DNA of 51,418 bases, the filler included, from Catajapyx aquilonaris (lineage: Eukaryota), in the NCBI GenBank assembly GCA_000934665.2. It is 2 parts of 2 records of this genome, joined end to end, with 100 filler letters (N's around TTAATTAATTAA, not from the genome) between each part and the next. Parts side by side here need not be neighbours in the genome. Positions count along the whole stretch, not along the records: positions 1 to 25,674 come from JYFJ02005322.1; 1 more part is not named here. One strand, written 5' to 3'. Below the pieces are notes generated by a model. The model saw only the letters and a list, made by a program, of their open reading frames with translations, was not told the DNA's origin and searched no databases. The position numbers and the translations under genes were made by a program. Positions 10,668 through 23,441 of this stretch are shown one piece after another. Positions within the stretch are counted from its first letter, which is position 1, and the number at the start of each line of letters is the position of its first letter.

Positions 10668-13600
10668 ATGTTCAAATCCACGTCATCTTTTGACAGGCTG
10701 CTAGGTAAGTCACTGATTTAGGTCCCAAGTTTTTGTTACTGTGTGAAATTGCCTTTTTGTAGAAAAAGCCACAAGCCACTTGCTTCTTGAACCAGACTGG
10801 AACTCAGTCCTGCAAATATGTGACTTGATCCGTCAAGGTGATTGCCAGTAAGTACCCCATTCTCTTTCACCATTTTCTTTTAAAGCTGTGGCTTAAATTA
10901 TCATTTACATTTTATTACAGACCAAAAGCAGCTATTTCTGCAATTAAGAAGAAATTGTACCAGGGCAATCATCATGTAGTATTCTATGCATTACAGGTAA
11001 ATTAATTTTCAAACTTATGGACTGTTGCACTCTGAAAATCTAACATATCATGGGCTTAAAGGAGAAATCCACTAGTCCAAAAAACCAGTTTTTGGATAAT
11101 CCAAAGCAAAGATTTGAACTAGCAGTTGTTTACATTCTAGTGAATTCAGCATATGAATCTTGAAGACTGCACCAGGTGAGAGAGCAGGAAAAATGCTACT
11201 TCGTGCCAGTTGTATGAACATGAGCTAAGGTTAACTATAGAGTTAGCTCTTGTTTACAAGTAGACTGACTCCACCATTAGCCTTAAATACTTAATTCTTG
11301 TTCATACAATCAGCTGTTAGTGGTGTAAATAGCTCAACACTGCCATTTGGTCTTACAACCAAAGTGACTTTTCTTGCCCTCCTGGATTTTGACATATTAT
11401 GTATTTTCTAATTCGGCTTGGCCTATAGTGTTGAGAAAACATCACCTCTCCTGCTAATTTCCACATTAGCAGGGTCAAAATACAGCCAAAAGGCGATGTT
11501 CCGAAGCCACAACACTTGCACCCGGTCGCGAGTCGCAGGCCAGTGCCAACGAGGGATAAATAGGGTACAGGCAGGCTGTAAAGGTCCACCATCTTTGATA
11601 GTTTTGCCATGGCACTTCATGGCAAGAACACGCGCGAATATGAATATTTTTGCCGTACTTACGGAATTAATCGGTAGAAAAGTGCATTAAAGGAGCTCAT
11701 ACGGCAAAAATATTCAAATTCGCATGTGTTCTTGCTGTGAAGTGCCATGGCAAAACTATCAAAGATGGTGGACCTTTACAGCCTGCCTGTACCCTATTTA
11801 TCCCTCTGCAACTCGCGACCGGGTGCAAGTGTTGTGGCTTCGGAACATCGCCTTTTGGCTGTATTTTGACCCTGCTAACGTGGAAATTAGCAGGGGAGGT
11901 GATGTTTTCTCAACACTATAGGCCAAGCAGAATTAGAAAATACAAAAAATGTCAAAATTCAGGAGGGTAAGAAAAGTCACTTTGGCTGTTAGTGGATTTC
12001 TCTTGTATGCAGGCTGACTATATAGGCTATGAAGATGTTGATTACTGATGTCATCTGGCCAGCAATGTCGTACTCACTGGCCCAAAACAAGCCAGAAATG
12101 TAGGGGTGAGAAATGTCAAGGGATCAACCAGTAACGAGGTAGACATAGGCCTACCCCTAGACACATGTGGCAATACACACGACACCTTCTTGTATGGAGA
12201 TCACCTGGCAGATGTACCTGCTCACCTTACAATAGTTGCCTAGGGAGCAGGACAAGAGCATGACAATCGTTAAATTAGTAATGTAGGCTACCACGTGTCT
12301 AGGGGCAGGTCAATATGTCTGGTCGTCCACCTTGGTACTGGCTGATACCTCGACATTTTTGGCTTGTTTTGGGCCAGTGAGTATGTTGGTGGCCATATGC
12401 GACACTGTCACTGCTAATTTTATTTTAGGTTCTTGAATCATGTGTAAAGAATTGTGGATGTTTAATCCATGATGAGGTGGCTACAAAGCAATTCATGGAG
12501 GAAATGAAAGATTTGGCTAAAACAACAGCACATGAGAATGTTAAGAACAAGGTCTTGGAAATGCTTCAAGCTTGGGCACATGCTTTCCGCCGCAGTCCCA
12601 AGTACCGAGCAGTTCAAGTAAGGTGTGTCAGTATCATTTAATTTGCATTCTTTAGCAACCATTGGGTCTTTACAGGATACTGTTAATATTATGAAAGCAG
12701 AAGGGTACAAATTCCCTGCTCTAATTGAAAGTGATGCAATGTTTGTGGCTGATACTGCTCCTGAGTGGGCTGATGGTGATTGTTGCCATCGTTGTCGCGT
12801 TCAGTTTGGTGTGGTACAACGAAAGGTATCTATTTTCAAACTTAACACATGTACATGTATAAAATGGTCTCTAATTTAATTACTTGTTTATTCCAGCACC
12901 ACTGTAGAGCTTGTGGTCAAGTATTCTGTGGCAAGTGCTCTTCTAAATCGTCCACGTTGCCCAAGTATGGGATTGAGAAGGAAGTCCGTGTGTGTGATTC
13001 ATGCTTTGAGCAAGCCAGCAAGTAAGTGTCCTGTGACACATACTTGTCCTTTTCTAATGCTATTGGGTGTGAGAGTTTTGAACATTTATACAAATTTTTG
13101 TTACATTTTGCAGTTGGTTAATGGCAAGTAGAGCTGGAGGAAAGGCTGGAGATGACGTAAAATCGTAAGTATTAGACAGTGGCAGTTGATTGGATTTTTA
13201 AATCATTAGGTGATAATGAAATTTCCGAGAGAAAGAAACCTGTCTCTTGAATTACTCGACATATAATTATGGTTGTAACTTTTCAGGACAAATGTTAGCC
13301 AGAAGCCGGAGAGTGACCTGCCTTCAGAGTATCTCTCCAGTACTCTTGCCCAACAGTCACAGGTAAAGCAAGATAATTGAAACAGTTTGAATGCTGTTAG
13401 CCATATTCATTTTGAATATAGAAGCTTGAACCATTCTGAACCAAAGTATTCCCCATTATCTAAAAAGTTGCCAGCAAAAATGTGTAAACAAACAAATCGC
13501 TGTCTCATGCAACAGCATGTTTATTGTCATGGTTGTGCATAACACAAAGGGAGACTATTGGCTCTGAGGACTGTGAAAATGGCGCCACATGTACTGTATG

Positions 13601-16600
13601 TATGCCTCAGAATTCCCAACACCTAACAATGTGGTAGGAAATGTTAGCAGTGTTATACGAGGTGTGATCAAAAAGTTCCCGGACTGTCGATATACCGTGC
13701 AAACCAGTGGAGATACGAACTTGTGACGGTAGGGGGCGCTAGGTGCACCTTTCATCTATTAGTCTGAAAAATCTCGTCTTCATAGGTGCACATGTTTCCG
13801 AGTTTCGGCAGTTTTCTTGACACTGTGTTCTTGTGCTTCTGCGATTTTTCGAATTGGCTGATGTTAGGGAGCAAAAGATTTGTATTAAATTTTGCTTCCA
13901 GCTCAACAAAACTTCGGATGCAACCAACCGAATGCTGAACAAGGCTTTTGATGAGCAAGTTGTAAGACAAGTAATAACATATAAGTGGTTTAACAGTTTC
14001 AAAGGTGGCGCGCCAAGTTCGCGGCAAAATCAACTCAATGCTGATCATTTTCTTTGACATTTTAGGAATTATTGTGCATATGGAGTTTCTCCCTCCTGGT
14101 AGAACTGTCAACGGCAAGTCTTACTGCGATGGTTTGAGACTATTTAGGCTCAAATGGCCGAAGATGTGGAAGAACATAGACTGGTTTCTGCACCATGACA
14201 ATGCCGCCTGCACACACCTCACGCGTAGTCAGGGACTTCCTGATAAAAAATAACATGACCACTGTTCCCCACCCTGCACATTCGTTTGTCCTGGCACCAC
14301 GTGATTTCTACCTCTTTCCTAAAATGAAATTTGGGTAGAAAAGGAGGCACTTTGACTCCACTAAAGAGGTCTAAGCAAAATCGCAGCAGGTGTTGAACAC
14401 ACTACTGTTTGCCAATTATTTTTTTTTGGTGCTTCCAAAAATGGGAAATTAGCTGGAATTGTTGTATACGTGCCCAAGGTGACTACTTGGAAGGTGGCAG
14501 TGGAAATGAGGACTTAAAGTAAATATTAATGTTTTTAGGAACACAGTCCGGGAACTTTTCGATCACACCTCGTACCATGCACAAAATGTCATTAGTATTT
14601 TTTCATTGGACATTACAAATGGAGTAGGCAGTCAGAGGTTCCTCAATTTCTTTTCTGTTCCATCACCTAGCATGCCGTTTATAACTTCATCTTGCACCCA
14701 ATGCATGCAGCACTAAGAGAAAGTTGCACCTACGCGACCAACTTATGAACTCCGAGAGATGCTGCGTAAAGATCACATTTTACAAGTCATCTGCATATGT
14801 GAAGATTTTAAGTAATATGCGAAGATTTTAATCTGAGCAATATTTTCCCTACCTTAAATAATAAGTCCCTTCGACTACTTTCACCTACTTTTTGATTGCC
14901 GAATCTTTGCTACTCCACACTCCATATTTTTTCATTCCTTTCCTCACTCCCCATCAGATAAGCTTTTTACGTTACACACATTCCTATCCAAACATGAAAT
15001 CTTTCAATTACATCAATTTTTTTTCCCGAATGTTTATAAGTGCATGGAATTTTGTCGTTGATTTATTACCTTAAACTATCTGTCCACCTATGTAGGCTAC
15101 TATTTATGATTCTTCTGTATCCACTGTGTGTGTGTGTGCCCCCCCCCCCCCCCCCNCCCCCAACAGGGAATAATAATAATAATAATAATAATAAACCTTA
15201 GATAATAAGGTCAAGTTTAATACACATTAATAGATTTTTAGCTTGGATTAAGAGAAGTGAAAAAAATTGGTGTGACATGCAGCCTGACCATGCATAAATT
15301 TTAGGTATTTACTACACATTATTTTATGGACCTGCAAATGACTCCTAATGTTTGTCCATGGAATTTCAATGTGCATCGATTACCTGATGAGTCAGCCCCA
15401 TTGGATCCTGAGAAAAATCTTAGTCAAAACATAGCCTTTTTATTAGACCTATGTATGCCACCTGTGAGCCTTGTGGGGCATTATGTCAGCAGGGGAATTT
15501 TGGAGGAGTTTTCAAATTTGAAGATTTCATAATGAAATTAGGATTACTTATTATTATATGGCATGTAGTACTCGACGGATTCATTTGGAATAAATATATT
15601 CCATGTCACAAGTAGGAAAGTTCAAAAAATTTTGAATGTCAAATTCTGCATGAGAGATGAGGTGCTGGCAGACAAACTGGGCCTTTCATAAAGTGTTTCC
15701 GATGGTTTCTGGCAGGTTACAGCTTATATACTTTTGCAATTTATGAAGCTATTTCTTTCAGTGACAATAGCAGCCTCATTTTTGGATGCTCATAATTCAT
15801 TTATTGACATGTATGGCATCATTTTCAATGTCTCGTGTATCCCTGTCTATTTGTCATTCTTCATGGCAATATGTATTAGGTTTCATTTTCTACACTCACC
15901 AGGCAAATTTTAGTGTGGGGAAAATTGGTTTAGTTTGTTGTGGTTCTTGTTTTAAAAAAAACAAAACAAAAAAACTTTTTATTTTTAAACAAATTGCTAG
16001 GCGCCACCAAAAAAGAGCCCAAGAGAACTGGAAGAGGAAGAGGAGCTCAATCTGGCCCTGGCTCTCTCCAGATCAGAAGCTGAAGAGAAGGAGAAGGAGG
16101 TGAGCCCATTAATTCATCAAAGTCAGTGACCTGCATTTTGGATTTTCTTCTTTGCAGAAGTTACGCGCCACGACTGCAATGTTGTCTTCGAACAGTAAAC
16201 AGCAGGCATATTCACCGCCACCTGTAAGTAAAATAATAATTATTCTTCATTCACATGAGGCTGTACCTCATTCATTCGTAGGACTTGACACCATCATTGT
16301 CACAAGAGGAGGAGCTAGATCCAGAGCTTGCACGATACTTGAACCGCAACTACTGGGAACAGAAGCACAAAGATGACACAAGCAAGAACATGGGTGGCAC
16401 TCTTGTTCAACCCAGTGCTCCTGTTAGTATGCAGAGCAATGGGGGACCATTATCTCCCTCACTGCGAGTCACAGAGGTTTGTTGCATGAAGTTCAGGTGG
16501 GTCATTCTGTGTAACCTTACCTTTTAGCTTGACTTACAGAAGTTTCAGAATGGTGAAACAGATGATGTGGAGGAGTTTGTGTCAACCTTGAGGAGTCAAC

Positions 16601-19600
16601 TGGAAATTTTTGTGAATCGAATGAAGTCCAACTCAATACGGGGTAGAAATATTAGCAATGACACATCTGTGCAGACCCTCTTCTTGAACACCACAGCACT
16701 TCATTCCCAGCTCTTGAAATATATTCAGATGCAAGATGAAAATCGAGGTACTGTACATTTGATTAATCTTACTCTCCAAAACAATATATAGAGAAATTTC
16801 TGATGTCTTCCCGAATGACTTTTGTAATCTCTCTGGTGGCAATAACTAGAGTCCTGATTTTTAGGCAAATGCCTACTGTATTTAGTTTCTTAACAGTTGG
16901 GATGGTTTTGTGAAGAGATCTATTCGTTTCATAAGTGCAGGATGTGAAAAATGTAGGTTTTATAGTACCTAAAATGGCTTATTTCGTGGTTTCAGGAACT
17001 ATTTTGCCTATTCTGGCATTTTTACGACTTTTCATGCCTATTTGGCCTTTCCTGGGATAGTTTTTGAACTTTTTGAAGCAATTTCGGGACTTTCTGGGCC
17101 TATTACAGACCTATTTCTTAAAGGCATGTTCGGTGTTTTTGCGGAGTATTTTTTGTGCTCCCAAAAGGACTAAAATCGTTCAGAAGTAATACGAATCATG
17201 TTTCCGTGCCGCGTATGCCAAATATTTTCATAAATTATTTTCCTCTGATTGGAACAATCAGAGGAAAATATAGGAAAATATTTGGCAACGTATAAAAAGT
17301 ACCACTTGCTCTGGACTCGACCACTTATATCCAGTTTCGATATAAGCGGCAGAGTCCAGAGCAAGTGGTATTTGCTTGCACTTCGTTTCTTTTGCCCAAG
17401 TTTCGTGATTTCCTGTCAGTTTATCGTTGTTATTAGGTTTTTGCTATGGTTTGTGACCTTATATTTATACTTTAGGGCTATAAAATTAATCTAGTTTTTA
17501 AAATTTTCTGGAACATTATTCTCCATACGCCCGAAAAAATGAAAATTTTGTGCCTATTTGAGGGTTTTTTCATGCCTATTGCGGGTTTTTTCGTGCCTAA
17601 AAATCCGGACGACTCTAGCAATAACTTGGATTGTTCATCTCATATCATATGAAAGTATGTTTATCAGTGGCGGATGGAACCTCCAACTGATTTTACTGAA
17701 ATTCCCCAGAGACAAACCATAGAAGTTCCTCCAAGAACGTACTACTGAACAGCTAAATGCCTTATTTCATTTCAGTTTATGTATGCAAATGGCAGGACAA
17801 TATTGTTAACCCTCTTGGTAACCTTCCTCCTTGTTGAATGTTACAATGAATTGCATTTGTTTAATCACTGTATGAGGAGGTGCGATGCAAAGTAATATAT
17901 CTCGAGATAGAAGGAATTTTCAGGAAAGCTGATTTTCTGCTGTGACCATTTCTCTTTACTTATTTTTAGTGGTGCCCATGGGTGCTCACTGCGGGATATG
18001 TTATCAGTGTTCACCAGAGGACTATTTAACAGCAAGATGACAAACATACCTTAGCTAATGTGAAGGCGAAGTGGCGCTGTGGTAACGCACGCGCCCACAG
18101 ATGGAAGGGTCCCAGGTTCTATACCAAGCCCGGGCATTCCCCCCTTTCATCTTGTGCGGAGTTCTGTGGCATCTCCGGCTTCATCTAGGGTGGGATCTAG
18201 GGTGGGATTTCCGATAGACGAACCACCTGGGGGAGCTCACAAAATGTCCACAGCAAATGATGTTGCATATCCCCTCCCAGTCACCCTGCCCTTGGACCAA
18301 GGGCCAATTCTACATTGTCAAATTCATGTACCCATGTGACAAATAAAGGTCTGTACTGAGACCTCGGAAGAGGTGGGGCGGCATGGTGGTCTAGCTGTTA
18401 CGCCGCTGGCCAGCCAAGCGGGAGGCCGGGGTTCAAATCACATCCCTGTCACCTCCACTTGTCCGGGTCTTTTTCCGCTTTTCACCAGACATGCCGGGGC
18501 AGAATTGCACTCCCTACTCGGCCCGGGGCCAGCAGAAAAGGCCTGGTGTAATTCACAGAGTCAGAAATGACTAATATTCAGCGCCCTCCCTTGGGAACCT
18601 CCCCTTCCCCCCTAAGAGGGCTCTGCCCTATCACGGGGTAAAAAACAAAAAAAAACTCTGAAGAGGTAGGCACTATACCCAAATTATTACCTTAGCTAAT
18701 GTAGGTCACTTTAGAAAATTTCATACAAGAAAAACGACTGGATTACCTCACATAAAGCAGCATGCCGGTGTAGCCAAGGTCGACCAGTTTTAGAAATGCA
18801 CGATCTGGTGGGTAGACCAGCATGCCGGTATAAGGCGAGGTTTTCACTTTTTTAAACGAATCCTTTCAGTTTTAAAACATGGCCGATATTATTCTTACAG
18901 TAAATACCTACCAGTGTGTCTGGAACACATCTGAAGTATACTGTAGAACCAGCTACACCTGTGTGGCCTGTGAGCTACTGAGCCAGGCAAAGCACGAAGG
19001 ACTGTGAGAGTTGGCCTTGATCCATTGAGTTGGAGTAGGGGTTTCCCCTCTCAAAACAGTATGACGATGGGATTGCTCACACACTATGCACTCTGCAACA
19101 GAACTTGCATATACTCACAGCCCTGTACACTCGCGCATTTTCATCGTAACAAAATCGTAACAGTACTAGAAGCATTCCATTAAAAAATGACAAGGATGGA
19201 AATTACGGAAATATACCTCAGTTATTGTGGCATGCCGGCCACTCCTGGGACATACTGCCATGCTGCTTTATGTGAGGTAATACAGTAATTTTTTCTTCTG
19301 CGCAAATTTTTTTCCAGACAACTTCAAATGGACTAGACTTTAAAGAGCGTTAAGGCTGACCCAACCAATGAGGTCCTCTGGACTAGACTGTAGCTTGGGA
19401 GTTCCCTCACATGATGGCAGTCATATCTCAAAAATGTTATTTTTTGAAGATAAATCAATTTGCATCTCGCCGCCTCATATCCGTGTGCCCACCCATTGCA
19501 TATCATTGTTGACACGCGATGCTGGTAAAGCCATGAATACATTGTAACCACTTGTTCCACAGCATACTATGAAAATCTGCAAGACAAACTGGTCCAGGCA

Positions 19601-20096
19601 AAGGATGCCAGAGCAGCACTGGATGCCTTGAGAGAGGAGCATCGTGAGCGCCTTCGTCGCCAAGCTGAGGAGGCAGAACGCCAGCGGCACATTCAGATGG
19701 CACAAAAGCTTGAGATAATGCGGAAAAAGAAGCAGGAATACCTGCAGTACCAGCGTCAGTTGGCACTTCAGCGCATGCAGGAACAGGAACGGGAGATGCA
19801 AATGCGGCAAGAGCAGCAGAAACAGCAGTATCTACGAGGCCAATTGCCACCATACAACCCATTCATTCCTTCGCCAGGTGAGTTTGCATTGGGTTGTGCT
19901 AGGCTCAGCAGTTAAACAAGCTTGCTTGCAGGTGCACCACAAGGCTTTCCAGCCACAGCCAATGGCTCACCTCTTCATGCCCCGTTCCATGGGACAGTCA
20001 TGCCATTGCCACCTGGGGCTGTTGCCTTTCCACCGCCCATCACAGCCCCTCAGACGCAAGGGTTTGCTGAATTCCACCCATCTTATGGGGTTCCAG
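10668..20096 (+). CDS. Hrs: Hepatocyte growth factor-regulated tyrosine kinase substrate (ESCRT-0), 3'-incomplete; exons 10668-10704, 10763-10847, 10921-10996, 12429-12617, 12676-12825, 12897-13021, (13114-13164), 13287-13362, 16001-16099, 16158-16223, 16282-16476, 16528-16747, 19563-19877, 19932-20096
   Basis: VHS ([35 protein letters not shown]), FYVE (WADGD, RKHHCRACG, RVCDSC), UIM ([18 protein letters not shown]), [20 protein letters not shown] motif, coiled coil; all introns GT-AG with consistent phase (~600 codons); no stop or C-terminal clathrin box found before the gap. Confidence 0.95.
11060..12004. mobile_element. Degenerate Kolobok/T2-like element
   Basis: TTAA|AGGAGAAATCCACTA ... 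TAGTGGATTTCTCTT; right TSD decayed; hosts the 11356 foldback. Confidence 0.45.
11356..11988. mobile_element. Foldback MITE with ~300-bp inverted arms (Tc1/mariner-type ends)
   Basis: TA|CAACCAAAGTGACTTTTCTT ... AAGAAAAGTCACTTTGGCTG; mirror-image ORFs 11353/11423 (-) and 11724/11737 (+) reflect the palindrome. Confidence 0.85.
12047..12405. mobile_element. Degenerate palindromic MITE
   Basis: TACTCACTGGCCCAAAACAAGCCA / TGGCTTGTTTTGGGCCAGTGAGTA, plus inner CCCCTAGACAC / GTGTCTAGGGG inverted pair. Confidence 0.55.
13658..14572 (+). mobile_element. Internally deleted, decayed mariner transposon
   Basis: TA|CGAGGTGTGATCAAAAAGTTCCCGGACTGT ... ACAGTCCGGGAACTTTTCGATCACACCTCG|TA; transposase fragments [61 protein letters not shown] with frameshifts. 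Confidence 0.92.
16847..17617. mobile_element. hAT non-autonomous element
   Basis: GCAATAAC|TAGAGTCC...GACTCTA|GCAATAAC (8-bp TSD); repeated GCCTA subterminal motifs; contains a TA-flanked 67-bp hairpin at 17302-17368. Confidence 0.85.
18062..18687 (+). mobile_element. tRNA-derived SINE family C with nested SINE D
   Basis: 15-bp TSD TACCTTAGCTAATGT (18047-18061 / 18688-18702); head similar to copies at 20122 and 31151; tail AATAAAGGTCTG...CACTATACCCAAATTATT. Confidence 0.85.
18375..18655 (+). mobile_element. tRNA-derived SINE family D
   Basis: GGGGCGGCATGGTGGTCTAG..GGTTCAAATC head, tail CCCCTAAGAGGG..TATCACGGGGTA plus poly(A); TSD CTC(G/T)GAAGAGGT. Confidence 0.85.
18713..19315. mobile_element. 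MITE-like element with inverted ends
   Basis: ATTACCTCACATAAAGCAGCATG (~18742) / CATGCTGCTTTATGTGAGGTAAT (~19259); repeated CATGCCGG motifs; exact ends unclear. Confidence 0.55.
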
Positions 20097-20121
20097 GTGA
20101 GAATTGTTGCATATAATTGAA

Positions 20122-20461
20122 GGGGAGGTGGAGTGGTGCTGCGGTAACGTATGCACCCACGGATGTTAAGGACCCGGGTTCAAACCCAACCCGGGGACAC
20201 CCTCTTCATCTCATGCAGAGTTAAGAGTCGTCTCTGACTTCGTCTCGGGTGGAATTTCCTGAGACTGAGACTAATCCACCCGAGGGAGCTCACAAAACGA
20301 CCACATTTCAGACAAGGCACTGCACTTGCACATCCCCTCCTGTCATCCTGCCTGTGGGTACGGGCTTTGTAAAAATAGGATTCCAAGTTGTAAAAACACC
20401 TCAAAAATAAATAAAGGTCTGGCAGAAAACCCCTCGGGGTACGCCTATCACCCAATTATTT
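20122..20461 (+). mobile_element. SINE family C
   Basis: Head GGAGTGGTGCTGCGGTAACG..GGGTTCAAACCC; body and tail (AATAAAGGTCTG..ATCACCCAATTATT) align to the 18062 copy. Confidence 0.75.
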
Positions 20462-20513
20462 TTAGGGGGTGGGGGGGNGGGGGTATGCCTACACCAGAAA
20501 TTAAGGTAATCTA

Positions 20514-20931
20514 CAGGGTGAATGGAAACTCGCGGATAATCGGCAGGTATACTGATAGTACTCGTAAAACTAATATAGGGATGTGCAATTAGTTTTTGGC
20601 ACCATCAAAGTTTCATGACATCACATTCGTTGCGCCAGCCTCAAAGGAGTAAAAGCCAGTTCAAAGGGCTCCGAATAATCCGGCCTTGGGTCCGTAACCC
20701 ATCGTCCATGTGCAGTAGGTGATCAAATCCAGTCAGAGTAAGAATCCGGGTGCGACACCCATGCACTTTGTTGTTTTTGGCTCATATTCCACCATCTGGC
20801 CTTCTACACTTTAAGGGAGCCATACGCATTAACTACGCAATGGAGCCAACAAATAATTGCACATCCCTATGTTAGTTTTGTGAGTACAACCAGTCTACCT
20901 GGCAACTATCCACAACTTTCCCTTCACACTG
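20514..20931. mobile_element. Tc1/mariner-type MITE, copy 1
   Basis: TA|CAGGGTGAA ... TTCACACTG|TA with ~80-bp imperfect TIRs; related to 21357-21925. Confidence 0.75.
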
Positions 20932-20959
20932 TATTTAAATCTTGCATGTAAACCATTTA

Positions 20960-21346
20960 GGATAAACTATTGTTTATCCGCACCTTAACAACGCGGTCGG
21001 GGTTGGGCGGACGGGGGGCCTCCCTCAACGTTGGGTCACAAACAATTGGGTGCCTTGATACTGCTGCCAGCCAAATTCGAATGCCTTCACGGTTGCTTGA
21101 TGAAGTGTCGTTCTTTGGGTTAACGGACTGCAGCAACCATCATGGCTTTCATATTTCCCACCTCCTTCATTAATACTGTGGTCCTAGCACTCGTCCGATC
21201 GGTTCGTGTGGCAGGGGTAATCAGACGTCCTTTGTTGTGCTCTCCCGGAAACCGATTGTTTGCAACCCGTAGCCAACATGTTTGGAGCCCACCACGGCTT
21301 CCCAACCCCGCCGCGTCGCTAGGTGCGGATAAACAATAGACTTTCC
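20960..21346. mobile_element. Merlin-like MITE
   Basis: GGATAAACTATTGTTTATCCGCACCT ... AGGTGCGGATAAACAATAGACTTTCC; 8-bp TSD ACCATTTA/ACCAATTA; GG..CC termini. Confidence 0.7.
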
Positions 21347-21356
21347 ACCAATTATA

Positions 21357-21925
21357 CAGGGTGAAAAGGAATTTTCACACATATTTGCCAGGTAGCCTGA
21401 TAGTACTAGTAAAACTAATATAGGGATGTGCAAGTAGTTTTGGGCACTGTTGCATAGGGCATGCATATGGCGCTGTTAAAGTTTTGGGAAGTCACATCCG
21501 TCCCACAAGTTTCAAAGCAGTAAAAGGTGTTTGTATGGCCTCCTAATAATCCGGCCATGGGCCCTTAACTCATTGTCCATGTACAGCAAGTGATCAAATG
21601 CAGTCGGAGTAAGAATCTAGGAGCGACACCCATACTCTGTGGTTGTTGTTTACCCCATGTGCCGACATCTAATACAATTTGGTACTGTATTGTGATAATG
21701 CATTGTACCAGACAGTACTGTAATACCCAAGGGATTATTTGGAGGCCCTCCAGCTGGGTTTTACTGCTTGGAAGCTGGCGGGGCAGATATGACGTCATGA
21801 AACTTTGACGACTGCGGACGCATTAACTATGCAATGGCACCCAAAACTACTCCCATGTCCCTATATTAGTTTTACGAGAACTATCAGACAACCTGACAAT
21901 TATGCACGACAATCCGTTCACCCTG
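21357..21925. mobile_element. Tc1/mariner-type MITE, copy 2
   Basis: TA|CAGGGTGAA ... TTCACCCTG|TA; shares GTAAAACTAATATAGGGATGTGC and internal blocks with the 20514 copy. Confidence 0.75.
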
Positions 21926-22124
21926 TATAGTGCAACACTTAGAATAGATTTTCAGCAGCTGGGGATTACCTAAATAATTATTGTGACATAATTCTTTAAA
22001 AATAAGGCAGAAATATGGTTGATACAGAATGTTTGTAGGGGAAGTCTTCCCTAATGTACCCAATAGGGTGAATTGGGAATAAACAATACAAATACGCTTA
22101 GAATAGATGTAGGCAGATATTCTA

Positions 22125-22947
22125 CGAGGGCCTTTCAATAAAGAATGGGCGTGATTTTTTAAACGAGAAAGATTAGAAAATACTATCATGATGGTGATAT
22201 ATTTAAGCACGTCTGTCAAAGATGGATGTGCATGCTTATGCGCTGAAGTCTACTGCGCATCATGTGGGTGTGGTGGCAGCACAAACACCACCACCCTTGA
22301 TGTCGCCTCCCGAGTCGTGGCATCGACATGTGTGGAGCAGTACCCTGCGCTGAAATTCTGCTCTTTCCTCAAGAACACAGCCAGTGAGTTGTACTCCACG
22401 CTGACATAGGCATATGGAGAAAATATGTTCAAGGGTCCCGAATCCGCCTGTAAACAGGGCTCTCTGGGAGCTCCTTCCAGAGCTGTGACAGGCCATCAAC
22501 ATGGCCTCAGTCATCATGCGTGTAAAGTTGACTATCCTATCTGATTTGTTACAAGTATCTGTGGGTAGTGTGCACACAATTATGCATAACCACCTGCACA
22601 TGAGGCGTGTACGGATCTGACTGGAGCTCCCGAAGCACCCTGGTTGCCGGTGGATTCAGGACCCTTGGGCAGTACATCTTCTCCATATGCCTATGTCAGC
22701 ATGAAGTAGACCTCACTGGTTATCTTCTTAAGGCAAAAGCAGAATTTCAGCACAGCATAGCATACTGCTCATCACATGTGAATGCCATGACTCAGGAGGC
22801 GATTTCAGGGGGGTACGCGCCACCACACCCACATGGTGCACAGTAGACTTCTGCGCATAAGTATCTTCGATAGAGGTACTTAAATATATCACCATCCCTA
22901 CTTTCTCATTTTAAAAATCACTCTCATTCTTTATTGAAAGGCCCTCG
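22125..22947. mobile_element. Mariner-derived foldback element made of two inverted 5' ends
   Basis: TA|CGAGGGCCTTTCAATAAAGAATG ... CATTCTTTATTGAAAGGCCCTCG|TA; arms encode decayed mariner N-terminus (EQYPALKFCSFLKNTASELYSTLT*AYGEN); spacer encodes RVKLTILSDLLQVSVGSVHTIMHNHLHMRRV. Confidence 0.85.
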
Positions 22948-23000
22948 TATATTAAAACATAGTTGCTTTTTCTCTTGAGGCACTTGTTTTAATGGTATAT

Positions 23001-23215
23001 TGTAGTGCCCCACGATGACAACGTCAGAGACACCACGAATAACACACGGGGGAAAGGTTTAAGAACACAATGGTTTGTATTCCAGGACGACAGGCTACAA
23101 ACGTCCGTCCCAAAGGACGTCAGGAATAGAACTACACAAACATTCAAGATCCCCTGACAACATCAATAACGTAGTGACCAGGCAACTATCACCAGCCAGT
23201 TGCCAGGACACTACA
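23001..23215 (-). mobile_element. Short solo LTR (probably Ty3/gypsy)
   Basis: ATAT|TGTAGTG ... CACTACA|ATAT: TG..CA ends, 7-bp terminal inverted repeat, 4-bp TSD; AATACA poly(A)-like signal on the minus strand. Confidence 0.7.
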
Positions 23216-23441
23216 ATATCAAGGAAGCAAAGCCTTCGTGATAGAAAGATAGTTGTAGAGATATAGTAATCATTAACCACCTCTTGGATGTCATGTTCAG
23301 AAGAACAGGCACAAAGGTTTTTCTGGTTTGTAAAACACGGGGAATTCTGATGGTGCCATATCATGACTATTGGCAGGATGGAAAGAATTTATCAATTGCA
23401 AATGCTCACGCAATTAACTCAGGCATAAGCAGTGTGCTTAA

